Shown: positions 46,737 through 55,973 of the stretch, in pieces | How positions within the stretch are numbered: position 1 is the stretch's first letter | Layout of the letters: every line of letters starts with the position of its first letter | Origin: Candidatus Kaiserbacteria bacterium | GTDB taxonomy: Bacteria > Patescibacteriota > Minisyncoccia > Phycocordibacterales > UBA918 | Direction of reading: 5' to 3' | Length of the DNA: 64,000 nt | NCBI GenBank assembly: GCA_016699245.1 | Contig: CP064968.1 | Coordinates: 379,331 to 443,330, forward strand | The notes under the pieces: generated by a model | Seen by the model: the letters and a program-made list of their open reading frames with translations, nothing else | Told to the model about the DNA's origin: nothing | The model's database searches: none | Position numbers and translations under genes: made by a program

Positions 46737-47345
46737 TCACCTCCTCATGAGCATATTGAACGTTTGTGCGGACTTCCGTTCCGTAAGCCACGTGCCCACT
46801 GACTCGTTGCCAACTGCAATTTCAATCTTGGTAGCCCAGTCGAAGCGGGGTTTCATGAGGCTGAACAAGTGATAGCCCAGCAATGAAATGTCAAACTTGT
46901 TCTCTTCCATATCATTAGGTTCCCCAAGGACAAAATATGCTTGATATTCACCACTCTGATATTGAGGCATGAGAAAGGTCTCCCAATGAACTGGTAAACG
47001 GACTTTTTTTGGTGTAACGAACTTATTTTCCCCTTGCACGCGATGAACCACTTCAGGGACTTCTTCAATGTCACAGCCCGAAAGGCGTCCCACCGAGACC
47101 CAATACACAGTCTTTGTTTCCATCTCAGAACCACGCGCAAAACTGTGGTTACCGTTAGAAACCCTCGTAAGAAATTCATGATACTTGAGGATGAGATGAC
47201 CACTGAATCCTTCCATGGCTGGTACTAAAACCTGCAACATCAACCTCCTTCGTAAGTCTTCCATGAGATCCTCATCACGTCCTTCTGCAGAATTCCACAC
47301 TTGTTTCAAGACAGCCACTTCTGGACTATTTCCTGTAATAATCAC
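46737..47345 (-). CDS. hypothetical protein
   Basis: 202 aa ORF with GGAGGTGA RBS upstream of a GTG start; no known domain. Confidence 0.5.
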   Translation of the reverse strand: MIITGNSPEVAVLKQVWNSAEGRDEDLMEDLRRRLMLQVLVPAMEGFSGHLILKYHEFLTRVSNGNHSFARGSEMETKTVYWVSVGRLSGCDIEEVPEVVHRVQGENKFVTPKKVRLPVHWETFLMPQYQSGEYQAYFVLGEPNDMEENKFDISLLGYHLFSLMKPRFDWATKIEIAVGNESVGTWLTERKSAQTFNMLMRR

Positions 47346-47481
47346 GATTCACCTCCACATATTTAATTTAAAGGACCCACAAGACTGCTTCCATTTGAAA
47401 CCATACGCCTTCTATGCATAAATGCAAATGTGACTTTGCATGCGCTTTGAATATATTGATAATTTGTAATATAATGGTCAA

Positions 47482-47709
47482 ATGAAAAATATTATTCAAT
47501 TTCAAATCACAGAAGAAGATGGATACTATATTGCCGAAGGTGTAAATGTCGCGATTGTGACAGACGCTCCTACGCTTGACGAACTTGCTAAAAATATTAA
47601 AGACGCCGTTGCGCTTTACTTTGAAAATGAGGACTATTCGACTCTTGGATTTGGGAGCGCTCCGTCGGTACTCGCCAACTTTGAAATTTCTGCACTGACG
47701 TATGCCTAA
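47482..47709 (+). CDS. hicB: HicB-family antitoxin
   Basis: DGYYIAEGVNVAIVTDAPTLDELAKNIKDAVALYFE. Confidence 0.7.
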   Translation: MKNIIQFQITEEDGYYIAEGVNVAIVTDAPTLDELAKNIKDAVALYFENEDYSTLGFGSAPSVLANFEISALTYA

Positions 47710-47944
47710 ACTAAAACGTCTTTCTCAAAAGGATGTTATTTCTATTCTCTTGACTCAAGGTTTTGAGTTGTCTGGACAAACGGGAAGTCATATTAAATTA
47801 AAGCGTTTTTCCGCATATGGTACAGAAGTGCTTATAGTCCCAAATCATAAGGAAATTAAACTGGGTACGCTCAAAAAAATATTCAATCAGGCGAGTAGAT
47901 ACATTCCGCAAGACATACTGAGGAAGGAATTTTATTCCGAATAA
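47702..47944 (+). CDS. hicA: HicA-family toxin
   Basis: MPKLKRLSQKDVISILLTQGFELSGQTGSHIKLKR...LIVPNHKEIKLGTLKKIFNQAS; overlaps hicB by 8 nt. Confidence 0.75.
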   Translation: MPKLKRLSQKDVISILLTQGFELSGQTGSHIKLKRFSAYGTEVLIVPNHKEIKLGTLKKIFNQASRYIPQDILRKEFYSE

Positions 47945-47951
47945 TTTAGCA

Positions 47952-48845
47952 ATGAAAAAACATAAGGCCATAGTTATCGTAGGCCCTACAGCATCGGGAA
48001 AGACTTCCCTTTCTATAGAACTTGCCAAAAAATTTGGTGGCGAGGTTGTTTCTGCTGATTCAAGGCAGGTATATACGGGACTCGATATTGGTACGGGAAA
48101 AGTGACACAGGAAGAAATGCAGGGTATTCCTCACCATCTCCTCGATGTCGCACAGCCAAACGAGGTGTACACCGCCCACGACTACGTCCGCGACGGCCGA
48201 AGAGCAATGAGTGACGTCCTTTCACGGGGAAAATTACCCATTATTGTTGGAGGTACCTTTTTCTATGTAGACGCACTTCTTGGCGATGTCTCAACACCAG
48301 AAGTTTCACCAAACCCCGAATTACGTACTGAACTCGAGAAACTCCCAACTGAAGAACTTTTTTTAAAACTTCAGAAACAGGACACAGCACGAGCCCTCAC
48401 TATTGATCAGAATAATAGAAGAAGACTCATACGAGCGATTGAAATTGCTTCGGCTATTGAAGTAGTACCGAAGACTCAGGCTGTGGAGTTGTATAATCCT
48501 CTTAAAATTGGCATTAGTATCGAAAAGGAGGAATTGGTCAAAAATATACACACACGCCTCATAGAGCGATTAGATAGGGGAATGATTGATGAGGTTGTCG
48601 CTCTCCACAAGAATGGTCTTTCGTATGAGCGAATGACCGAGCTCGGCATTGAGTATGAGTACATTGCAAAATATCTTCAAAATATCATTACAGAAAATGA
48701 GATGTGTGCCCTTATAGAAACAAAAAGTTGGCAATATGCAAAACGACAAATGACCTGGCTCAAGAGAGATGAAGATATACAATGGTTTGAAAGAGAAGAA
48801 TCTGAGAAAATCGAGGAAATGGTGAAAGCATTCCTAAATACCTAA
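47952..48845 (+). CDS. miaA: tRNA dimethylallyltransferase
   Basis: P-loop IVIVGPTASGKTSLSIELAK, SADSRQVYTGLDIGTGK, IIVGGTFFY. Confidence 0.95.
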   Translation: MKKHKAIVIVGPTASGKTSLSIELAKKFGGEVVSADSRQVYTGLDIGTGKVTQEEMQGIPHHLLDVAQPNEVYTAHDYVRDGRRAMSDVLSRGKLPIIVGGTFFYVDALLGDVSTPEVSPNPELRTELEKLPTEELFLKLQKQDTARALTIDQNNRRRLIRAIEIASAIEVVPKTQAVELYNPLKIGISIEKEELVKNIHTRLIERLDRGMIDEVVALHKNGLSYERMTELGIEYEYIAKYLQNIITENEMCALIETKSWQYAKRQMTWLKRDEDIQWFEREESEKIEEMVKAFLNT

Positions 48846-48977
48846 CCACCAACTACATCAAATTGTATCAAGGCGTCGCCTTGATACAATGGTCACTACA
48901 CCACAAGGTTTTGAAACGTTTTTGTTTTGATTCTATATCAGGTATGGGATAATAGGTGTCACTACGCATTATTTCAT

Positions 48978-50459
48978 ATGTACAGCACCTTAAAACAATA
49001 CTTTGGCTACGACGAATTTCGACCGTTGCAAAAAGATATAATTGAAAAAGTAATGGACAAACAGGACTGTGTCGTCCTTATGCCAACTGGTGGTGGGAAA
49101 TCGCTCTGTTTCCAACTACCCGCCTTGCTGCAACCGGGCACCACCATTGTCATTTCCCCACTCATCTCACTCATGAAAGATCAGGTGGATGCACTCACGG
49201 GGAACGGCATACCCGCAGCATTTATTAATAGTTCCCTCCGTCAAGATGAAATCAGCGGAGTAATAGAGAAGGTAAAAAATGGGTCACTTAAAATTTTGTA
49301 CATAACACCAGAACGACTCGCACTTCCCCATTTTGAAGCACTCTTACACACACTGCCAGTGAGCCTATTCGCTATTGATGAAGCGCACTGTATCTCTGAG
49401 TGGGGCCACGACTTTAGACCAGACTATCGTAACCTCAAATCACTTCGACAAAAATTTCCTTCTATTCCCATCATTGCTCTTACCGCTACTGCAACGGAAA
49501 AAGTCCGTGCAGATATCGTGAGCCAACTTGCGCTCCCCTCACCGCACATTTTCACTTCAAGCTTTAATCGGCAAAACTTGAGTTATGAAGTGTTACCAAA
49601 AAAAGATTCCTTCTCCACTATTCTTTCTCTTGTGTCTCTATATAAGGGTGAAAGCATTATCATCTACTGCTTCTCTCGAAAGGACACTGAAACGGTTGCA
49701 GAGAAATTAAATAAGCAAGGATATAAAGCAAGTACGTATCACGCAGGTCTGAGTGCTGATACCCGCAGAGACAACCAGGAGCGCTTTATTCGTGACGATA
49801 TCCAAATCATGGTGGCTACCATTGCCTTTGGCATGGGAATAGACAAACCCGATGTACGATTAGTCATTCATCATAGTCTCCCCAAATCAATAGAAGGATA
49901 CTATCAAGAGACAGGTCGCGCAGGGCGAGACGGCCTCCCTGCACGTTGCGTACTCTTGTTTTCTCTTGCTGATAAATTCAAACATGACTTTTTTAACAAC
50001 AGAATCGCAGACCCAGTGGAAAAACAACAGGTACAGTACAATCTCGAACAATCAGTACAATATGGAAAACTAACGGGATGCCGTCGAAAGTTTTTGCTTA
50101 AATATTTTAATGAAGAGTACACAAAGCAAAACTGCGGAAACTGTGACTACTGTATTTCTCCCACTCCACTCATAATTCAAAAAACTAAGAAGGTGGTGCC
50201 GAAGTCAGTTGTGTCAGTAGTTAAAAATGCGAGTTATGACGTCTCATTATTTGAAGCACTACGTCAAGTGAGAACAAGCGAAGCAGCACGACTTCGCGTT
50301 CCTCCGTACATTGTCTTTGGCGACAAAGCACTTCATGAAATGGCTCTTCATAAACCAAAAACGAATGAAGCGTTCCTCAGCATCAGTGGTGTGGGTGAGA
50401 AGAAGTTGTCTCAGTTTGGAGAGATTTTTATGAATGCGATTCGGGGGTATGAGGGGTGA
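48978..50459 (+). CDS. recQ: ATP-dependent DNA helicase RecQ (helicase + RQC + HRDC)
   Basis: Motif I MPTGGGKSLCFQLPA, DEAH-box FAIDEAHCISEWGHDFRPDY, HRDC-like LFEALRQVRTSEAARLRVPPYIVFGDKALHEMA; ATG at 48978 preferred. Confidence 0.9.
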   Translation: MYSTLKQYFGYDEFRPLQKDIIEKVMDKQDCVVLMPTGGGKSLCFQLPALLQPGTTIVISPLISLMKDQVDALTGNGIPAAFINSSLRQDEISGVIEKVKNGSLKILYITPERLALPHFEALLHTLPVSLFAIDEAHCISEWGHDFRPDYRNLKSLRQKFPSIPIIALTATATEKVRADIVSQLALPSPHIFTSSFNRQNLSYEVLPKKDSFSTILSLVSLYKGESIIIYCFSRKDTETVAEKLNKQGYKASTYHAGLSADTRRDNQERFIRDDIQIMVATIAFGMGIDKPDVRLVIHHSLPKSIEGYYQETGRAGRDGLPARCVLLFSLADKFKHDFFNNRIADPVEKQQVQYNLEQSVQYGKLTGCRRKFLLKYFNEEYTKQNCGNCDYCISPTPLIIQKTKKVVPKSVVSVVKNASYDVSLFEALRQVRTSEAARLRVPPYIVFGDKALHEMALHKPKTNEAFLSISGVGEKKLSQFGEIFMNAIRGYEG

Positions 50460-50480
50460 GGGATGTAGTGAGGTGAGGAA

Positions 50481-50963
50481 TTGGTACACAAAAGAACAGA
50501 CACTTTAATTAATAAAAATTTGTGGTATAGTTGTGGAAATAAGATGAATTATCTCTTACCTCAGATTGAAGGAGTGATAGCTAAAATAAGTAAGTCTAGT
50601 GCATTGTATCCTTTATTGATTGGGCTTGTTTTTGCCGTCGCAGTTGTATGCATTGTTTTTACTCTTTCGGAAAATTCATGGTTAAGATTTTTTTCACTAC
50701 TGTTTCCAACGATAGTGCTTATCATGATTGTGCGGAGTTATGAACATTTTGCCAAGAATAATCCAGACATGCTCAGGTCAGAAACTCATGTTATACAAAA
50801 ACAAGCTTTGTCTCTTATTGGAGATGAAACACATACCCTTGGTACAAAAGCGACACACGTTTTGGCCATTTTGAATCCAAACAAGCCTATCGTAGATGAG
50901 GATTTACTTGAATTATCCCCAATTTCAGAAGTTCAATTGAGTGAACCCATAAAATTAGTATGA
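50481..50963 (+). CDS. membrane hypothetical protein
   Basis: Two TM helices; no motif. Confidence 0.4.
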   Translation: MVHKRTDTLINKNLWYSCGNKMNYLLPQIEGVIAKISKSSALYPLLIGLVFAVAVVCIVFTLSENSWLRFFSLLFPTIVLIMIVRSYEHFAKNNPDMLRSETHVIQKQALSLIGDETHTLGTKATHVLAILNPNKPIVDEDLLELSPISEVQLSEPIKLV

Positions 50964-51235
50964 ATGTCTATCTTATTGCCACAAACAGTAACCCCCCCTT
51001 CAATCTGACAAAGTTCCATAATTTTGTTACGATTAATTTATACCCCACACATGTTTCAGCATGGTGGCACTATCTCAGTGGGTCAGTATATATGGTAAAG
51101 ACGAATTTAAACGTAAACCAATTAAATCAATTAGTAAAACAGCACATGGGTGCTTTACATTACATGGTTATAAAAGTTGATCCGTTAGATGCTCAGGGAT
51201 GGTTACCTAAAGAAGGATGGGATTGGCTAAAGTAA
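50960..51235 (+). CDS. hypothetical protein, translationally coupled to the previous ORF (atga overlap)
   Basis: 91 aa ORF. Confidence 0.35.
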   Translation: MNVYLIATNSNPPFNLTKFHNFVTINLYPTHVSAWWHYLSGSVYMVKTNLNVNQLNQLVKQHMGALHYMVIKVDPLDAQGWLPKEGWDWLK

Positions 51236-51253
51236 ATCTTCTCAAATGTTATT

Positions 51254-51562
51254 TTAGACATTCGAAAGTATTTTTGATATTGTAAACCCAAAAAATAAAC
51301 TTGACGTTAGGGCTATAATTATACCTGCAAAAAATAATCCTATCCCAAAACCAAAACCGAATTTGATTCCAGAACCGACTCCAAGAGATACGTTATTGTA
51401 TTCCTCAGGTATGGTGTACACACTCTCTCCCTTTGCTTGAGCATTTTGCAAGTCTGCAACCACTTCTTTCTCCACCTTCTTGAGATTTTTAACAAAGTAA
51501 TCAATCAGTGCTACGACAATTAGCACTACTGCGGTTAGTACGAGTATTATAAAGGAATCCAT
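51254..51562 (-). CDS. small membrane protein with Gly-rich C-terminal TM region
   Basis: Two TM helices; GIKFGFGFGIGLFFAG. Confidence 0.4.
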   Translation of the reverse strand: MDSFIILVLTAVVLIVVALIDYFVKNLKKVEKEVVADLQNAQAKGESVYTIPEEYNNVSLGVGSGIKFGFGFGIGLFFAGIIIALTSSLFFGFTISKILSNV

Positions 51563-51699
51563 ATACGCTAACTATAGTATGTAGAACTGTAGTTAGCAAC
51601 TTATTGCCATGTATGTAATGAGTTCAAGAATTCTAATACAATTTAACAAAAGAGTGCATGAAGAACTCCTCAAACGCGTTATATCACTGGAGCATCTTA

Positions 51700-52530
51700 T
51701 TTACATGGACCTATTCTCTGTAAATGCTCGTTTTGCGGTCACGAGTTGCTAATTATTTTAGTTCGCTTCGCTTCTAAAATAATAAGCACCTTCATAAATT
51801 CTTTTATGTAAAAGAATTTATGAAGGGCTCAGAAAATATAATCGCTACGCTTATTATTTTCTGGCCACCCCAGCTCGCTGTTCATCACTTTTTGAAAGTG
51901 ACTCACAACGCTCGTGAAATAGTTTCCCAAACTATTTCACCCCGTCGAGCACGTACGTGACGCAGGTCACCTCTTTGCGGTCACGATAAAATTATCTCCC
52001 AGAAAATTTTATCTAAGTCTTTTCAAAGAAAAGTCTAAGCACTCTCGACCCCGACTCACTCGCCTAGCGGCATCGTTCCGTCTCCCGCAAAGGACCGCAA
52101 GCAAAGCAGTTTGCTTGCTACACAAAAGAACAGACACTTTCGTGTCTGTTCTTTTGTGTTCCTTTGCGGGCCCACGAGGGCTCGAAACTTACAGTTTCAG
52201 TACCCCTTTAGGATACTTTTCTTCATTTCATTCGAAAAGATATCTCTAAAGGGCTTCAAATCCTGATCGCACAGTGCCCCGCACTGTGCTTGGGCCCGCC
52301 CAGATATACAAAAAGCTGTCTTATGACAGCTTTTTGTATATCTGGGCGGGCCCACGAGGATTTGAACATTACATGTTCAGTACCCGTTGTGGCTATTTTA
52401 TTTCTTCGCTCTGCGAATCATAAAATAGCACGCAACGGCTTCGAGCCCGTGCTCCTGTTTGCATTCGCAAACAGATGCGCTTCGTGGGCCCGCCATATTA
52501 AAACACCTCATCAAATGAGGTGTTTTAATA
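51700..52530. repeat. non-coding hairpin array: series of perfect 8-30 bp-arm palindromes, including three units carrying copies of the tRNA-Trp 3' end (gcgggcccacgagg...) in both orientations
   Basis: Perfect palindromes at about 51793-51830, 51886-51910, 52105-52160, 52293-52356 (arms include tgggcccgcc) and 52484-52544 (arms = tRNA-Trp 3' end plus terminator). Direct copies of the tRNA 3' segment at 52166-52186 and 52346-52366. Confidence 0.8.
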
Positions 52531-52604
52531 TGGCGGGCCCACGAGGGCTCGAACCTCGGTCGCTGGTTTTGGAGACCAGAATTCTACCACTGAAATATAG
52601 GCCC
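52531..52604 (-). tRNA. tRNA-Trp (anticodon CCA), CCA end encoded
   Basis: gggcctatatttcagtggtagaattctggtctCCAaaaccagcgaccgaggttcgagccctcgtgggcccgcca. Confidence 0.85.
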
Positions 52605-52658
52605 AGGACTCCTATAGTACGGGAAATACGCATTGGGGTCAACGATTATATGAAGAAT

Positions 52659-53114
52659 TTAATAACCTTGGCTAGCCTTCCTTTTTATTATTATCTCCCG
52701 TGCAACTAACTCAGGAACACCAACAGAGACAAGATTTTCTACACTCCAAACGACCGCGGCTTCTGGGATAACTGTCCAACCTTTTTCTGCCGTATACACA
52801 AAAACTGATTCTCCTGCAGAATATCCATCATCCCATTCTTGTAAGGCATAATTTGAAACAATGATGGTATATCCAAGAGTGATTGGGAGTGGTGTCACGA
52901 CTTGCTTTTCAAACGCACTTTTTATCGCTACACGCTTCGTTTGTTCTTCTTGATTGATTGGCGTTTCTGTTGTTCCTGTAGTAGATGATGCTACGGGGAA
53001 AGTTGAGACACTACCATTTGGGGGTTTTGGGAGTTCGTTTGGTGACAGGACCCATAAAGAATAACCTAATCCAATAACTCCGAGAAGCCCAACTAGTATG
53101 ATTATCTTATTCAT
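52659..53114 (-). CDS. secreted hypothetical protein
   Basis: Signal peptide MNKIIILVGLLGVIGLGYSLWVLS. Confidence 0.45.
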   Translation of the reverse strand: MNKIIILVGLLGVIGLGYSLWVLSPNELPKPPNGSVSTFPVASSTTGTTETPINQEEQTKRVAIKSAFEKQVVTPLPITLGYTIIVSNYALQEWDDGYSAGESVFVYTAEKGWTVIPEAAVVWSVENLVSVGVPELVAREIIIKRKASQGY

Positions 53115-53126
53115 AGATTGAAGTTA

Positions 53127-54005
53127 TTAAATTTTATTTATGCTATAGATTCTTCCAGGTCCCGCTTTATAGGATGGGCTAAAACTTGAATCACTTACCC
53201 AAGAAAATGTTTTATTCGATGAACTGTTTGAAATTGTTTTTGTACATCCTGCATTCATGCAAATGCCCGTATGAGATCGTGAACCGTCAGTCACAATAAC
53301 AATATCCCCAGCTTTCGCAGCTGATTGATCAACCAATGTTCCCCTACCTCCTGCAAGTGCTTGCTCCATTGACTTCACACTATTACCATCAATGGGACTT
53401 ATGCCTGCATCTTCTAGTACTTTGTTTACAGCCCATGCGCATGCAAGTGAGCCACCACCAGGACCTCCTGCCGTTGAAAAACCTTGTGCCCCGAGTGCAG
53501 CAGCAGCAATTGATCCTGCACTTCCTCCACCCGGATTCGTCATACCACCCGGACCTGTATTTGTCGTAGCACCACCACTTGGTCCTGTCATCGTGGCGGT
53601 CATCGTTGGATTATCTACACACTGTACTGTACCCCACACCTCAATACCTTTGCCATCACTCATGACGGTCATAAGTATCGTGTTCACAATAAGCCATGCA
53701 CCGAGGAGGATGAAGAAACCTATGATAGAGTTCGACATCATTTCTTTTCCTTCTGAGACTTTTCCAGTGTTCCCTGCGGACATCACCATTTTCATGCCAC
53801 CAAAGGCGAACATGAGGGCAACGATAGTTGCAGATGCGCCTATAAACCAAGTCATCAATCCCTGCCCCATAGCAACAAAGTCACAGACGCGACACATTGG
53901 TTCGGGAGGACCACCACCACAGGGGACTAGGCCTGCAGCGTACGTGACAGAGGCGGTGAGAAGGAAGAGGCTTGTGATGAATAGTATGCGTTGGTTGGTG
54001 GTCAT
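53127..54005 (-). CDS. secreted two-TM pilin-like N-terminal module fused to a C-terminal CHAP/NlpC-P60-like cysteine peptidase/amidase domain
   Basis: Signal peptide plus two hydrophobic helices (VirB2/TrbC-like topology). C-terminus has nucleophile Cys in SLACAWAVN and downstream GDIVIV...SHTGIC His. N-terminal 160 aa about 97% identical to the 54605 paralog. Confidence 0.55.
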   Translation of the reverse strand: MTTNQRILFITSLFLLTASVTYAAGLVPCGGGPPEPMCRVCDFVAMGQGLMTWFIGASATIVALMFAFGGMKMVMSAGNTGKVSEGKEMMSNSIIGFFILLGAWLIVNTILMTVMSDGKGIEVWGTVQCVDNPTMTATMTGPSGGATTNTGPGGMTNPGGGSAGSIAAAALGAQGFSTAGGPGGGSLACAWAVNKVLEDAGISPIDGNSVKSMEQALAGGRGTLVDQSAAKAGDIVIVTDGSRSHTGICMNAGCTKTISNSSSNKTFSWVSDSSFSPSYKAGPGRIYSINKI

Positions 54006-54021
54006 AAAATAAAATTAGACA

Positions 54022-54597
54022 TTATAATGGAACACTACCCGGACAAAAACTAAATCGTAAATCCTGACTTGTGTAAAACTGATTAATAAAATACGGAACG
54101 CTCACCATATAGTCAATCTGGCACAACTGCTCCTCACTGAGTCCAAGATGGGTAAGCAAATATTGCTCAGCACCAGTGCGGGCTTTGCTTATTGGTTCTG
54201 AAGTAAGTGAAATATTGAAGTACTGTGTTTGTGCAACGTACATAATGGTAAAAGGAGGGTATGTTTCTACGAAAGAGCCATCAAGTGGAAAGTGTTCACC
54301 TAAGTGGTAATATCCCTCATTTTGAGGGTCTGCCACGGTGTCTGGGTCACTCATAAAATTACGCACCGAGAGAGTAGCACCCGATGTTGTATTGAGTGTG
54401 AGCAACGTATTACTACTACCCGTATTTGTAGAGGACGTGCCATCTGGATTTTGTGAGGCGTTTGTTCCGCTACTCGGAAACTCTGTTCCTTGATTTTCAG
54501 ACGGAGTATCCACTGCATTATTTGAAATGTAAAACCAAAAACCAAACCCCCCAAGGAGTAGTAATACAATGACGATAATGATGCTTTTATTATTCAT
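54022..54597 (-). CDS. membrane-anchored/secreted hypothetical protein
   Basis: N-terminal TM IIIVIVLLLLGGFGFWFYI then Ser/Thr/Asn-rich region; start chosen at MNNKSIII. Confidence 0.45.
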   Translation of the reverse strand: MNNKSIIIVIVLLLLGGFGFWFYISNNAVDTPSENQGTEFPSSGTNASQNPDGTSSTNTGSSNTLLTLNTTSGATLSVRNFMSDPDTVADPQNEGYYHLGEHFPLDGSFVETYPPFTIMYVAQTQYFNISLTSEPISKARTGAEQYLLTHLGLSEEQLCQIDYMVSVPYFINQFYTSQDLRFSFCPGSVPL

Positions 54598-54604
54598 ATA
54601 CAAT

Positions 54605-55441
54605 TTATGGTCCATACTTTGTAATACACGCTTGAGCTTTTGCATTACAATTGGCACAGGTCCAACTACTATATCCGCTCTGTGACACCAGCTTTTTTGC
54701 TACCTCAGCGTTGCACGATGCATTGGTACAAGACGAAAAACTACTGCAACTCGTGCCTTTTGCAGCACTTTCCCAAGTTGATTTAATGACTTGAAATGTG
54801 CCACATGCACTACCGCTTTTATTTTGCGCTGTAGGATTACCAGAACTCTCTGTCATCGCGATACACGACATGACATTTGCTTGTGAAGGAGTAAAGCCTG
54901 CGGCTGTAAGCGCATTCACACTGCACGCCGGATTAAGGCTCCCACACTGTATACCACTTCCTCCCCCCGGATTCGTCATACCACCCGGACCTGTATTTGT
55001 CGTAGCACCACCACTTGGCCCCGTCATCGTGGCGGTCATCGTAGGATTATCAACACACTGTACCGTACCCCACACCTCAACACCTTTACCATCACTCATG
55101 ACGGTCATAAGTATCGTATTCACAATAAGCCATGCACCGAGGAGGATGAAGAAACCTATGATAGAGTTCGACATCATTTCTTTTCCTTCTGAGACTTTTC
55201 CAGTGTTCCCTGCGGACATCACCATCTTCATACCCCCAAAGGCGAACATGAGGGCAACGATACTTGCAGACGCACCAATAAACCAAGTCATCAATCCCTG
55301 CCCCATAGCAACAAAGTCACAGACGCGACACATTGATTCGGGAGGACCACCACCACAGGGGACAAGCCCTGCAGCGTACGTGACAGAGGCGGTGAGAAGG
55401 AAGAGTGCTGTGGTGAATAGTATGCGGTGGTTGGTGGTCAT
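54605..55441 (-). CDS. paralog of 53127: same pilin-like N-terminal module fused to a C-terminal lytic-transglycosylase (SLT)-like domain
   Basis: CIAMTESSGNPTAQNKSGSACGTFQV resembles the SLT catalytic E-S...GLMQ block; several Cys pairs; N-terminal 160 aa near-identical to 53127 gene. Confidence 0.55.
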   Translation of the reverse strand: MTTNHRILFTTALFLLTASVTYAAGLVPCGGGPPESMCRVCDFVAMGQGLMTWFIGASASIVALMFAFGGMKMVMSAGNTGKVSEGKEMMSNSIIGFFILLGAWLIVNTILMTVMSDGKGVEVWGTVQCVDNPTMTATMTGPSGGATTNTGPGGMTNPGGGSGIQCGSLNPACSVNALTAAGFTPSQANVMSCIAMTESSGNPTAQNKSGSACGTFQVIKSTWESAAKGTSCSSFSSCTNASCNAEVAKKLVSQSGYSSWTCANCNAKAQACITKYGP

Positions 55442-55544
55442 GCTCCCTATATCGTACCATAGTACATTCAGGTACTTTTACTTATAAGTGAATTATGGTA
55501 CTTTAGAGCCTGTCCTCCTTACGGAGACAAATAATTACATATAT

Positions 55545-55561
55545 GCGTCGGTGGTGGAGTG
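55545..55561 (+). other. duplicate of the first 17-20 nt of tRNA-Tyr (atgcgtcggtggtggagtg) about 310 bp upstream of the intact gene
   Basis: Identical to 55854-55872 including 2 nt of 5' flank. Confidence 0.6.
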
Positions 55562-55660
55562 AGAAATGGGTGAGAAGCGAGTTTACGCAGCTTCGCAAGA
55601 CCTTGAGCAGTTTCTGCGAAAGGTGTACAGCAACTGTAAGTCGGGACCCATTTCGCAAGA

Positions 55661-55786
55661 GGTTGTAAGCAAAAGCTTTCTGATTGCACTCGTGTCATGT
55701 ATGAAAGTGAACTTTCATACTGTACACTCGTTTATCAGTCGATAGTTTACGAGTGAAGCGAGATAAACTATCATACAACCTGAACA
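55661..55786 (+). repeat. second copy of the structured element seen upstream of tRNA-Leu; contains the conserved-loop hairpin gatagtttacGAGTGAAGCGAGataaactatc
   Basis: Shares ggttgtaagcaaa(a)gctttctga..tcagtcgatagttt..tcatacaacctgaac with 46379-46497. Hairpin loop matches the loop of the tRNA-Gln repeat hairpin (ttattcGAGTGAAGCGAAGaataa). Confidence 0.65.
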
Positions 55787-55855
55787 GTCCCTGTAAAGGA
55801 GTCAATCACAACAGACTATTAAGTTATAGAGGTCTGAAAAGAACAATACAATCAT

Positions 55856-55938
55856 GCGTCGGTGGTGGAGTGGTCAATCACAACAGACTGTAAATCTGTC
55901 GACTTCGGTCTTCGCTGGTTCGAATCCAGCCCGGCGCA
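55856..55938 (+). tRNA. tRNA-Tyr (anticodon GTA) with long variable arm
   Basis: Acceptor gcgtcgg/ccggcgc (one G-U), anticodon stem acaga/tctgt with loop ctGTAaa, variable arm gacttcggtc, T-arm gctggttcgaatccagc. Confidence 0.85.
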
Positions 55939-55973
55939 CAAACCAAACATACATAACACGTAAGCGTTACGTA

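Noticed and set aside
53392-55487. Plus-strand ORFs 53392-54012 and 54798-55487 (and 53336-53569, 53656-53850, 55092-55286)
   Set aside because: Antisense shadows of the two minus-strand paralogous hydrolase genes. The near-identical peptides merely reflect the duplicated DNA.
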